Notes: generated by a model not told the origin, from the letters alone. Positions 38,818-51,358 are shown, numbered from the stretch's first letter. The stretch: DNA of 64,000 nt from Octopus sinensis (GCF_006345805.1 NC_043023.1:16554001-16618000); one strand, 5' to 3'. Numbers and translations are program-made.

Positions 38818-39680
38818 ATGATTGCAGATGTACCTTGAAATCAAGAGGACAGATCCTGATGTCTACAACTCTTTCCTGCAATCAGACCTAGACACAATGC
38901 AGCAATGGATCACAGACTGGCAACTGAAACTGGCTGTGGACAAGTGTACCACCATGCATTTTGGGAGAAAAACCCTGCGTTCACTTACTCCCTCCACAAC
39001 ACTGATATCAAGAAATCCTCTTGCGAACGTGACCTAGGCATCACTGTCAGCAGTGATTTGCGTTGGTCAAAGCATATCTCTAAGATTGTCAGGAAGGCCG
39101 AGGGTGTCTTGGCATCACTCAGCAGGTCTTTTGTTAGCCGCTCTCCAGCCATCTATTTAAAACTGTATACAGCTATGGTACGACCACACTTGGAATTCGC
39201 ATCATCAGTTTGGAACCCCTATCTTGCACAGAACATTGACCTCCTGGAATCTGTCCAGAGACGTGCAACCAAACGCATACCCTCCATCAGACACCTACCA
39301 TATTCTGAGCGCCTTCCCTGGGCATGGATTCACTGAAGCTCCGGCGTTTGGCGACGGACTTGGTAAACACCCACAAAGTTATCAACCACCTCACCAACAA
39401 CAACACTGACCACCTTTTTGATCTCCATGTGTCTAACACACGTGGACATGCCTACAAAGTCAGAAAACAATACAGCTCCCATGACTTTCGGAAACATTTT
39501 TTCACGCTCAGAGTTGCTGAAGCATGGAATAAACTGCCTGCATCAGTTGTTGACTGCCATGACACTGCATCCTTTAAGGCCCTCATGCTTTCCGAAATCC
39601 GCCGAAACTACACCTGATTATATATACACTTTAGATGAGTTGTAGTGCACCTGAGCACTGTACACAATTATTATTATTAT
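38818..39680 (+). mobile_element. 5'-truncated CR1 LINE (RT C-terminus + 3' UTR)
   Basis: ERDLGITV, VRPHLEFASSVWNPY, LESVQRRATK, TRGHAYK, FFTLRVAEAWNKLP in frameshifted ORFs; (ATT)n tail. Confidence 0.9.
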
Positions 39681-39705
39681 ATATATGTGTGTGTGTGTGT
39701 GTGTA

Positions 39706-39783
39706 TTAATAAATAATGAAATTATTGTATACAGTGCTCAGGTGCACCACAACTTGTCAAAAGTGCGTATAAATCATATATGA

Positions 39784-39839
<56 letters not shown>

Positions 39840-40145
39840 ATTAATAATAATGAAATTATTGTATACAGTGCTCAGGTGCCCCCACAACTTGTCAAAAGTG
39901 CGTATAAAGCATTTGCAAGTAATGTACAATGTCTGGGGAGTGAACAGTGTATGAGTCAGATAGATGCTTGCTTGTGTGTATGGAGGGGAGAAGCTCAGGT
40001 GTGGTGTTGGCGAATCTCAGGAAGCATGGAAGTTTTGAAGGATGCAGTGATCCGACAACTAACAACTGATGCCGGCAGTTTGTTCCATGCTTCAGCACTC
40101 TAAGCGTGAAAAAATGTTTCCTAAAGTCATGGAAGGAGCTGTGCT
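39706..40145 (-). mobile_element. CR1 3' end fragments in opposite orientation (tail-to-tail)
   Basis: ORF 39892-40098 (-) is homologous to the + copy; the 70-bp terminal piece repeats at 38745-38817, 39706-39780 and 39843-39910. Confidence 0.75.
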
Positions 40146-40720
40146 GTTTGTTTTCATTTTCACTTTTATTTTCCGTAACCTAACACCAAAACCCTAAATT
40201 AAAGGAGGGAAGGGTTCCGTTTACATCTCGCCATGTGACCTGAAATAGCAGCCAAATCCCTGATTTTTTCTTTCTTATTACAGCGGAAATCGCGGTTCTA
40301 GAACATGGCATTTTCCACGTTACTCTCTCTTCTACTCTTTTACTTTTTTTTTAGTCATTCGACTGCGGCCATGCTGGAGCACCGCCTTTAGTCGAGCAAA
40401 TCGACCCCGGGACTTATTCTTTGTAAGCCCAGTACTTATTCAATCGGTCTCTTTTGCCAACCGCTAAGTGACGGGGACATAACACACCAGCATCGGTTGT
40501 CAAGCAATGCTAGGGAGACAAACACAGACACACAAACACACACGCACAACACACATATGTGTGGCTGTGTGGTAAGTAGCTTGTTTACGAACCACATGGT
40601 TCCGGGTTCAGTCCCACTGCGTGGCACCTTGGACAAGTGTCTTCTACTATAGCCTCGAGCCGACCAAGCCTTGTGAGTGGATTTTGTAGACGGAAACTGA
40701 AAGAAGCCCGTCGTATATAT

Positions 40721-40754
<34 letters not shown>

Positions 40755-41539
40755 GACGGGCTTATATATATATATATATACGACGGGCTTATATATTATA
40801 TATACGACGGGCTTCTTTCAGTTTCTGTCTACCAAGTCCACTCACAAGGCTTTGGTCGGCCCGAGGCTATAGTAGAAGACACTTGTCCAAGGTGCCACGC
40901 GTGAGACTGAACCCGGAACCATTTGGTTGGTAACAAGCAACTTACCACTCCAAAAAATTACTTTTTTTTGTGTGTTTTATTTACTTTGTTAAACAAAAAT
41001 TATTTACTTTGCGCAAAAAAATTTGGCATAACTTCGGTATAAGTACCAGATACATTTCAAGAAAGTGTTTTTTTTTATATATGGGGGGTTTGTCTTAGGG
41101 TTAGGGTTAGGGGTGGGAGAAAAGGGTTTCTTTTATCTTCAGAAATGTAAACAAAGTCACGTGTGTACTTATACCGAAGGATCGCCAAATATTTATTTTG
41201 TGTTTTATTTACTTAGCTAGGTTAGTCGTTGTAGGATCGACTAGTCACGACTAGCTAGCGCGGATGCCTGACTACGTGAGTGCGCGCACCTGGACTACTG
41301 TTCTCAAGTAGTACCGAAGGAGTGTTTGTCCAGATAGGACTACGCAGCCACAGAGGATATATATATGAGGACATGAAATGTAAAAGCTAGACTAGATTAT
41401 TTATGCGCAACTCCATTGTCTCCCGAGACACAAAAAGGATGCCAACGTCATCATCTACAATCTGTATCATTCAACACCCGACTTATGTGAGTGACATCAG
41501 CCAAAACACTGACTTTTTTTTTGTTTTTTCAAATAAAAT

Positions 41540-42175
41540 GCTTACATACATACATACACACATACACACATACTTACATGCATACTTACGTTCCATACGT
41601 ACGTACATACATACATACATACATACATACCACACATACATACATACATACTTACGTACATACGCACATACATAGATACTTACATACATACATACATATG
41701 AACATACATACATACATAGATACACCACACACATACATACACAATACGCACATACACACATATATACACACATACATACATACATACACACATACATACA
41801 TACATACATACATACATACATACGTACATACACACATACATACATGCATGCATGCATGCATACATACATACATACATACACACACATACATACATACACA
41901 CACACATACATACATACATACACACACATACTTACATACATACTTACGTTCCATACGTACGTACATACTATACATACATACATACATACATACTTACATA
42001 CTTACATACATACATACTTACATACATACTTACGTTCCATACGTACGTACATGCATACATACATACGCACATACACACATATACACACATACATACATAC
42101 ATACACACACACATACATACATACATACATACACACATACGTACATACATACGTACATACACACATACATACATG
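41540..42175. repeat. (CATA/CA)n compound microsatellite
   Basis: Directly visible; the internal motif catacttacgttccatacgtacgtac recurs three times. Confidence 0.95.
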
Positions 42176-42634
42176 CATTTCGTTTTGGGGTTCGGTTTGC
42201 AGGATTTTCATGCGAGTTCGTGCTGAAGCAAGGTGCTTTGTTATTTAACACACTCACCGTTAAAGTTTCCGCTAATTACCTATTTTTCCTAAAGTTTTCT
42301 TTGCCTCTTCCAACCTTTTCAATAGTTGTTGACTCTGTCCGTTATCCGAGCTGCTTTCTTTTCACCAATCTGGTTTTTTTTTTGTTTGTTCTTTAATTAA
42401 TTGCTAATTGTTATTTTTAACAAAAGAGTTTGAAACTTTGGGGCGTGTTCCTTCGTTTTGTCTCGCCAAAATCATAACAAGAACTCCGTTGTTTCTGTGA
42501 CGACTCGACAATTCACTCGGATATTTTCGTTACATCCGTAATAGCTGCTAAATGGGATGAGGAGGAGAAATAGCTTATGGGTTGTGTGTGTGTGCTTGTT
42601 CGTTAAAGTTCTTTTCTACTCTACTGGCACAACG

Positions 42635-44020
42635 CCCAAAATTTGAACTCAGAACGTTACGACAGACGAAATACCTATTTCTTTACTACCCACAAGGGGT
42701 TAAACACAGAGAGGACAAACAAGACACCAAACGGTTTAAGTCGATTATATCGATCCAGTGCGTAACTGGTACTTAATTTATCGACCCCGAAAGGATGAAA
42801 GGCAAAGTCGACCTCGGCGGAATTTGAACTCACAACGTAACGGCAGACGAAATACCTATTTCTTTACTACCCACAAGGGGTTACACACAGAGAGGACAAA
42901 CAAGGACAGACGTAGGTATTAAGTCGATTACATCGACCCCAGTGCGTAACTGGTACTTAATTTATCAACCCTGAAAGCATGAAAGGCAAAGTCGACCTCG
43001 GCGGAATTGAACTCACAACGTAACGGCAGACGAAATACCTATTTCTTTACTACCCACAAGGGGTTAAACACAGAGAGGACAACAAGGACAGACGTAGGTA
43101 TTAAGTCGATTACATCGACCCCAGTGCGTAACTGGTACTTATTTTCAACCCTGAAGCATGAAAGGCAAAGTCGACCTCGGCGGAATTTGAACTCACAACG
43201 TAACGGCAGACGAATACCTATTTCTTTACTACCCACAAGGGGTTAAACACAGAGAGGACAAACAAGGACAGACGTAGGTATTAAGTCGATTACATCGACC
43301 CCAGTGCGTAACTGGTACTTAATTTATCAACCCTGAAGCATGAAAGGCAAAGTCGACCTCGGCGGAATTTGAACTCACAACGTACGGCAGACGAAATACC
43401 TATTTCTTTACTACCCACAAGGGTTAAACACAGAGAGGACAAACAAGGACAGACGTAGGTATTAGTCGATTACTCGACCCAGTGCGTAACTGGTACTTAA
43501 TTTATCAACCCTGAAAGCATGAAAGGCAAAGTCGACCTCGGCGGAATTTGAACTCACAACGTAACGGCAGACGAAATACCTATTTCTTTACTACCCACAA
43601 GGGGTTAAACACAGAGAGGACAAACAAGGACAGACGTAGGTATTAAGTCGATTACATCGACCCCAGTGCGTAACTGGTACTTATTTATCAACCCTGAAAG
43701 CATGAAAGGCAAGTCGACCTCGGCGGAATTTGAACTCACAACGTAACGGCAGACGAAATACCTATTTCTTTACTACCCCAAGGGGTTAAACACAGAGAGA
43801 CAACAAGGACAGACGTAGGTATTAAGTCGATTACATCGACCCCAGTGCGTAACTGGTACTTAATTTATCAACCCTGAAAGCATGAAAGGCAAAGTCGACC
43901 TCGGCGAATTTGAACTCAGAACGTTACGACAGACGAAATACCTATTTCTTTACTACCCACAAGGGGCTAAACAAAGATAGACAAACGGATTCGATTACAA
44001 CGACCCCAGTGCATAACTGG
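42635..44020 (-). repeat. Head-to-tail array of ~8 truncated SINE-N units (~181-bp period)
   Basis: gaaataccta recurs at ~42668, 42849, 43032, 43212, 43392, 43572, 43755 and 43935. Confidence 0.9.
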
Positions 44021-44135
44021 TATTATTTAGTCGAGGAATGAAATTTTGAGATGCTGAATTTTGCCTTTTTTTTTTTTTCCAGCTTCGTAATCACCGTACC
44101 CGAAAAGGGGTTTCTGTAAAAAATAAATAAATAAA

Positions 44136-45640
44136 GGCGTAGGAGTGGCTGTGTGGTAAGTAGCTTGCTTACCAACCACATGGTTCCGGGTTCAGTCCCA
44201 CTGCGTGGGACCTTGGGCAAGTGTCTTCTACTATAGCCTTGGGCTGACCAAAGTCTTGTGAGTGGATTTGGTAAACGGAAACTGAAAGAAGCCCGTCGTA
44301 TATGTATATAGGTGCAGGAGTGGCTGTGTGGTATGCAGCTTGCTTACCAACCACATGGTTCCGGGTTCAGTCCCACTGCGTGGCACCTTGGGCAAGTGTC
44401 TTCTACTATAGCCTCGGGCCGACCAAAGTCTTGTGAGTGGATTTGGTAAACGGAAACTGAAAGAAGCCCGTCGTATATATGTATACGTATGGTATATGTT
44501 TGTGTGTCTGTGTTGGCGTCCCCCTACATTGCATGACAACCGATGCTGGTGTGTTTACGTCCCCGTAACTAAGCGGTTCGGCAAAAGAGACCGATAGAAT
44601 AAGTACTGGGCTTACAAAGAAAAGACCTGGGATCGATTTGCTCGACTAAAGGCGGTGCTCCAGCATGGCCGCAGTCAAATGACTGAAACAAGTAAAAGAG
44701 TAAAAGAGATAAAGCAGGGTTGAGGTAGAAAAGGAAGTCTAGCCCCTAATGGTTTGGCCCTTCATCTGTTCCTCCAACATAAACAAAAAAGAAAAAACAA
44801 CCACTTGCCTGAGAACCAGTATGGAAATGCCACCAGTGTGGCAATGATGATGTGGCATCTGCTGTTGATGTCTTGACGCTTGGGTGAACAGCAGGAGGGA
44901 GACTTCTTGAACAATGGGATCAGTTGGAGAAATCAATCCCAGGACTTATTCTTTGTAAGCTGGCATTTATTTTATCGGTCAAGATCATGGGTATATAAAC
45001 ATACTAACACAGCTTGACAAGTGACGGTAGGAATGGGGGTAGGGGAAAACACACACCTAAAGAAATTATAGGCGCAGGAGTGGCCGTGTGGTAAGTAGCT
45101 TGCTTACCAACCACATGGTTCCGGGTTCAGTCCCACTGCTTGGCACCTTGGGCAAGTGTCTTCTACTATAGCCTCGGGCCGACCAAAGCCTTGTGAGTGG
45201 ATTTTGTAGACGGAAACTGAAAGAAGCCCATCGTATATAGGCACAGGAGTGGCTGTGTAGTAAGTACTTGTTTACCAACCACATAGTTCCGGTTCAGTCC
45301 CACTGCGTGGCATCTTGGGCAAGTGTCTTCTGCTATAGCGTCGGGCCGACCAAGCCTTGTGAGTGGATTTGGTAGACGGAACTGAAAGAAGCCTGTCGTA
45401 CATGTGTATATATATATGTATGTATGTGTGCGTTTGTGTGTCTGTGTTTGTCCCCCTAGCATTGCTTGACAACCGATGCTGGTGTTACGCGTCCCTGTCA
45501 CTTAGCGGTTCGGCAAAAGAGACTGATAGAATAAGTACTGAGCTTACAGAGAATGAGTCTCGGGGTCGAGTTGCTTGACTAAAGGCGGTGCTCCAGCATG
45601 GCCGCAGTCAAATGACTGAAACAAGTAAGAGATATATATA
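44136..45640 (+). mobile_element. Cluster of SINE family C copies (tandem heads + full copies) around a unique 44710-45060 segment
   Basis: Repeated ggcgcaggagtggctgtgtgg heads separated by (TA)n; the unique segment is homologous to 54470-54800. Confidence 0.75.
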
Positions 45641-46062
45641 TATACTCTTTTACTTGTTTCAGTCATTTGGAGCACCGCCTTTAGTCGATCAAATCGACCC
45701 CAGAACTTATTCTTTGTTACGGGAACGTAAACACACCAGCACCGGTTGTCAAGCGATGTTGGGGCGGACAAACACAGACGCATGGCGGGCTTCTTTCAGC
45801 TTCCGGGTTTTAGAAACCTGGATGTTGATTCGACGATGACGCTGACAGCATAAATCGAGTGGCAGTAATTTAAACAGTAAAAGTTTATAACAAGGCTGGT
45901 GTACATCAAAATCAAATTTATAAAATTTCTTATTTATTAATTATAGGTGGCAGGCATGGTTATGTGGTAAAATGCTTGCTTCCTACCCACATAGCACTGG
46001 ACTAAATATCAAAGGAGTGTCCTTCCAGCACCTGAGATTATTACTGGTATTTCTTAAAATAT

Positions 46063-46196
46063 TTAAATGATGACGGCAGTTATCATCCCAATGACAAGGA
46101 TGGACTTGTTTCTGAGGCTGCTGGTTCCGTGTGCTCCACCTGCAAAAGATTTCAATGTGATATCATCATATGCCACAGATATTGGTGTCATATCAC
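46063..46196 (-). CDS. Gene B terminal exon (canonical acceptor lost; cryptic in-frame acceptor at 46139)
   Basis: DMTPISVAYDDITLKSFAGGAHGTSSLRNKSILVIGMITAVII*. The homologous acceptor reads ctttgTGT instead of ctttgTAG; ttttgcag|GT GGA is in the right phase. AATAAA (-) at 45933-45938. Confidence 0.6.
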
Positions 46197-46344
46197 ACAC
46201 AAAGATAAACAATAAAACATATCATTTATATACACTCTTCATATCAACTTGCTCAAGACTGCCCTTGTTTCCATAGTGAAAATTCCCTAATTTAAAGTGA
46301 GCTAAATTAAAACCTTTCATCAAAATATCATGTTAATGTTAATT

Positions 46345-47560
46345 AATAAGGATAAAGAGAAAAATAAGGGTGGAAGTGCTGGCTTCCATTGCAGTTTCTT
46401 GATAGATGGGTGAGAGAGGTGAGCGTTGCCTGAGTGTGCACCTGTAGACTGGGAGAGGGCATCCACCCTGGTGGTCAGGGGGACCATGGATTTTGTGGGC
46501 TTTCTCCCTGTGTGACTAGTTGCCATTGCAAAAGGGATCATGTGGTAGACATGTCTGAAAGGGCTGATGACCAGCAGTTGTCCTTTTGTTGAAGCTCAAA
46601 TAATCTTTTTCAGGTTTGAAGAAGAGACAAATAAGGATAAAGAGAAAAGTAAGGTGGAAGTGCTGGCTTCCATTGCAGTTTCTTGATAGATGGGTGAGAG
46701 AGGTGAGCGTTGCCTGAGTGTGCACCTGTAGACTGGGAGAGGGCATCCACCCTGGTGGTCAGGGAGACCATGGATTTTGTGGGCTTTCTCCCTGTGTGAC
46801 TAGTTGCCATTGCAAAAGGGATCGTGTGATGGACATGTCTGAAAGGGCTGAAGATGGGTGAGAGAGGTGAGCGTTGCCTGAGTGTGCACCTGTAGACTGG
46901 GAGAGGGCATCCACCCTGGTGGTCAGGGGTACCATGGATTTTGTGGGCTTTCTCCCTGTGTAACTAGTTGCCATTGCAAAAGGGATCATGTGATGGACAT
47001 GTCTGAAAGCGCTGAAGACCAGCAACTGCCATTTTGTCAAAACCCTAATAAACTTTATCAGGTTTCACTTGAAGAGCAAAATCAGGGTGGAGAGGTAAGT
47101 GCTGGCTTCCAAGCAGTTTGTTGAAAGGTGGGTGAGAGAGGTGAGCATTACCTGAGTGAATGGGCCTTCTCTCAGAGTGTACCTGTATATTGGAGAGAAA
47201 AGACTGGGAGAGGGTATCCACCCTGGTGGTCAGGGGGACCATGGATTTTTTGGGCTTTCTCCCTGTGTGACTAGTTGCCATTGCAAAAGGGATCGTGTGA
47301 TGGACATGTCTGAAAGCGCTGAAGACCAGCAATTGCCATTTTGTCAAAACCCTAATAAACTTTTTCAGGTTTCACTTGAAGAGGAAAATCAGGGTGGAGA
47401 GGTAAGTGCTGGCTTCCAAGCAGTTTGTTGAAAGGTGGGTGAGCATTACCTGAGTGAATGGGCCTTCTCTCAGAGTGTACCTGTATATTGGAGAGGAAAG
47501 ACTGGGAGAGGGCATCCACCTTGGTGGTCAGGGGGACCATGGATTTTGTGGGCTTTCTTT
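46345..47560. repeat. Irregular tandem expansion (~6 partial copies) of an intronic segment in gene B
   Basis: ctgggagagggcatccaccctggtggtcaggg...ccatggattttgtgggctttc recurs at ~46450, 46735, 46900, 47205 and 47505; about 2 copies in gene C and 1 diverged copy in gene A (62420). Confidence 0.8.
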
Positions 47561-47729
47561 ACGTGTAGCCCTTGAAAGTCCCCAAACTATCAGGGATCTT
47601 ACTTTGACTTTCTTTTATTCTTTGTATGACTTTTTACATGCTAAAACCCACACTGGACCCTCCCGAATGTTTTGCTTTGTGTTAGCCCTCTGTGGTTAAT
47701 AAAGAAATTATTATAAATCATTTCCTTAC

Positions 47730-47978
47730 TCTTTATCTCCAAATCAATTTTTCCAACATTATGGTTGCCATCTTCAAATTTCCAAGTCGAACAATTCTTA
47801 GTTATTTTTCTGATCCAAAGTATGGCGGTATCTCCAGTATGTCTCACTTTATAGTTAGGGCCATCAGCGCATATCATGTTACATTGATATTTATAATAGC
47901 CGCACTTCCAAACCACCGGTCGTTTCATATCGGGTGTTGTTATCGTAAGGATGAGCTTTCTATTGAGAACAGCAGGTG
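47730..47978 (-). CDS. Gene B Ig-like domain exon (249 nt, phase 1-1)
   Basis: tctttatttcag|CA ... AAGA|gtaagg; (A)PAVLNRKLILTITTPDMKRPVVWKCGYYKYQCNMICADGPNYKVRHTGDTAILWIRKITKNCSTWKFEDGNHNVGKIDLEIK. Confidence 0.85.
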
Positions 47979-48019
47979 CTGAAATAAAGAAATCAGTTAA
48001 GAAGTTTGCGTTTCAATCA

Positions 48020-48640
48020 TACGGTTTTGGGTTCAGTCCCACTGCAGAGCACCTTGGGAAAGTGTCTTCTACTACAGCATCAGGCTTGTGAGTGGATTTT
48101 CTAGATGGAAATTGAAAGAAGCCCATTGTGTGTGTGTGTGTATATATATACATACACACTTGTGTGTTTCAAAGGCTCTTGAGTGGATTTGATAGATGGA
48201 AACTGAAAGAAGCCCATTGTTTATATATATATATATATAGGTGCCGGAGTGGCTGTGTGGTAAGTAGCTTGTTTACCAACCACATGGTTCCGGGTTCAGT
48301 CCCACTGCGTGGCACCTTGGGCAAGTGTCTTCTACTGTAGCCTCAGGCCGACCAAAGCCTTGTGAGTGGATTTGATAGATGGAAACTGAAAGAAGCCCAT
48401 TGTTTATATGTATATATATATATAGGTGCAGGAGTGGCTGTGTGGTAAGTAGCTTGTTTACCAACCACATGGTTCCGGGTTCAGTCCCACTGCGTGGCAC
48501 CTTGGGCAAGTGTCTTCTACTGTAGCCTCAGGCCAACCAAAGCCTTGTGAGTGGATTTGATAGATGGAAACTGAAAGAAGCCCATTGTTTATATATATAT
48601 ATATATATATATAGGCGCATGAGTGGCTGTGTGATAAGTA
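48020..48640 (+). mobile_element. Tandem SINE family C heads
   Basis: Repeated ~180-bp head units separated by (TA)n; fewer copies at the homologous 31905-32500. Confidence 0.75.
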
Positions 48641-50954
48641 GTTGGAGAGTGGGGGAGAAACAGAAGAGTGATGAGGAGGTTGTTACATCCTCAAAACGTA
48701 AAAGAAAGGCAGGCAACAATGGTGACCCACCGAAAGACCCCGGGAGCTGCGGGAGAAAAAGAGGACCCGTTGTGTACACCACAGGAACCTCACCCTCCCG
48801 CGGCCCAGGGAAAAAAAAGAAAAAAGAGAAACGGAATGCCGGCGGCGGATTGTAACACGCGGACGGCGTCTTCCAAGCCTCCTCAGGCGGGCGTGCCGCC
48901 GGAGGATAAATGTGTGGTCCTCTTCCACAAAGGAGGAACCATTGAAAATGAGATAAGAAAAATGAAAAGGAGAGGCCAATGGGAGGGACTTTGGTCCTGC
49001 ACGGAGGACCCTGAGTGGCCTTCGCAGGTGGCTGCGGAGGTCCTATGGGATAGCGATCTGTGCAGGATCGGGAATTGTGGTCTTGCCTGGAACTGGCTGA
49101 GTGCTTCAATGAAGCAAGAGAGCTAGTCGGCCGGGTGACCTGAATTTTTTGTATATTTTGAAGGAACATTATCTGGCAAAGACCTTGCTCGAATCTTTTT
49201 ACACGTGCCACCGACACAGGTGCCAGTAAGGCGACATTGGTAAAGATCACGCTCGAATGGTGCCCTTTTACGTACCACTGGCACAGAGCCAGTTGGCTGC
49301 TCTGGCAACGATCACGCTCGGATGGTGCCTAGTGATATCAGATCCAAGTACTCTACTTGTCTGATGTTCAAACTAGCCATATCTGACCTCTCCCATCTAA
49401 CCTACAATGTCATTCTGGAAATAAAGCATCACATCATTGAAATCTCAAAGCTATGAGATAATCCATGATTAATCCAAAACATTGAGAATAAAAAAGGATT
49501 ACATTAATCTGAACGCTAAAGGGTTAATAGTTTTTGCCCCTGGAAATTAAAAGGGAAAATGTGCAATAGAGACCATCAAAAGAAATTAGACATCTTATTA
49601 CACTCAGCCTAATGAGTTTTAATTTAATGAGATTTATGTTTACTGGAACATAACTTCATCAGACATGGGTGTACCCCTGATTAAACCATGTCCCTATCCA
49701 CTCACTCCCGCCCACCCTTATATAATGCAGGGTCACTACAGTAAGACACGGGTTCCTGTCCTTCTATCATACCCTTTCTTTACTACCCATAAGGGGCTAA
49801 ATGAGGACAGACAAATGGATTAAGTGGATTATATCGACCCCTGGACATGTTTTACACAGTGAACTGGAAACAAATGATAATATATATATTTCTTTATTGT
49901 CCACAAGGGGCTAAACATAGAGGAGACAAACAAGGACAGACGTAGGTATTAAGTCGATTACATCGACCCCAGTGCGTAACTGGTACTTAATTTATCGATC
50001 CCGAAAGGATGAAAGGCAAAGTCGACCTCGGCGGAATTTGAACTCACAACATAACGGCAGACGAAATACCTATTTCTTTAGTACCCACAAGGGGCTAAAC
50101 ATAGAGGAAACAAACAAGGACAGACATAGGTATTAAGTCGATTACATCGACCCCAGTGCGTAACTGGTACTTAATTTATCGATCCCGAAAGGATGAAAGG
50201 CAAAGTCGACCTCGGCGGGATTTGAACTCACAACGTAACGGCAGACGAAATACCGGTAAGCCTTTCACCCAGGGTGCTAACGATTCTGCCAGCTCACCTG
50301 TCTATCTATCATACCTGGTATACCTCTCAACACCTGACATAAGGCCATCTCCTTCTCTACTATGCTCTTCAGTAAAGGTTTGTTTCCTTCCTCTTCCTTT
50401 GCCTTTTCCCGTTATTTAGTGACTTCACTAGGGGCCAGTTATGTGCAAAAAAAGGCTCCAGGGCACTGTAAAATGATAGGGTCCGAAAAGGATTCAATGA
50501 TGCCAGCATGGAACGTGGACCTTGAATGACGGAGGATAAACATGATAACCCTAATCCTCTTTAGAAAGACAATCATAATCCCAGAGAAATGGAAACCAAT
50601 TCAGTGGTGGTGCAATAATAAAAAAATGCACCCACCACACTTTGTAAAGGGGTCAGTGTTAGGAAGGTCATGAAGCAATCGAAACCTTGCCAATGCCTGC
50701 AAAGGAGCCTGCCACAATGCTGTGGTTTGTTGGATCCATGGCAAGATTGAAGGTGGCCATTTTATAAGTACCCCCACAAGCCATCTTGACCCTGGTTAAA
50801 ACCCACTGCTCTAGTGTTTCCCCAATGTGTATTTCTGGCTCTTTAGCCCTTCTCGATGGTCAGAATAAAAACTTTAAAGAAACCAAAAGCAAAATAGTGA
50901 CTAAAAGCTTTGAATTAAGAGAAAGAAATAGAAGACAGAACTGAAAAGGTAATG

Positions 50955-51358
50955 GGATCTTTTCGGTTTGAACGGCAGTTTTTTCTAGCGGTGTCATATG
51001 AAATTGTCACCCATAATTATGACCCTAGTATCGATCTATTGCATTTCAATCTGTTTTAGGGGTGGGGGAAAGGGTATCTTTTCTTCTTCAGAAATGTAAA
51101 TAAACTCAATCTGTTTCTTAAACGAGGGACATATTCATACGGCACAGAATGTTTTCGCCTCAATAGACGTCATTGATTGGTTGAAATTGCAGAAATTGAA
51201 GGGAAAACAACAACAAATATCTTACAATTATAGAATTTTCTCGATAAAGCCAAGAGAAAAGATGTTTTATAAACACATTCTACCAGTATACGAAGTTTAA
51301 AAGTGTTTAGTTACGTGGAAATTATTTTTAAAAACTGCCGGTCAAACGGAAAAGATCC
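50955..51358 (+). mobile_element. 8-bp-TSD MITE, orthologous to 35087-35514
   Basis: Same TIRs and the same aggtaatg TSD. Confidence 0.85.

Noticed and set aside
41095-41118. Telomeric (TTAGGG)n
   Set aside because: Only about three units; similar short runs are internal to dispersed elements (25637, 35187).
41483-42396. Long ORFs of 100-300 aa (also 2101-2405, 3258-3701, 63367-63802)
   Set aside because: [12 protein letters not shown] translations of microsatellites that lack stops by composition.
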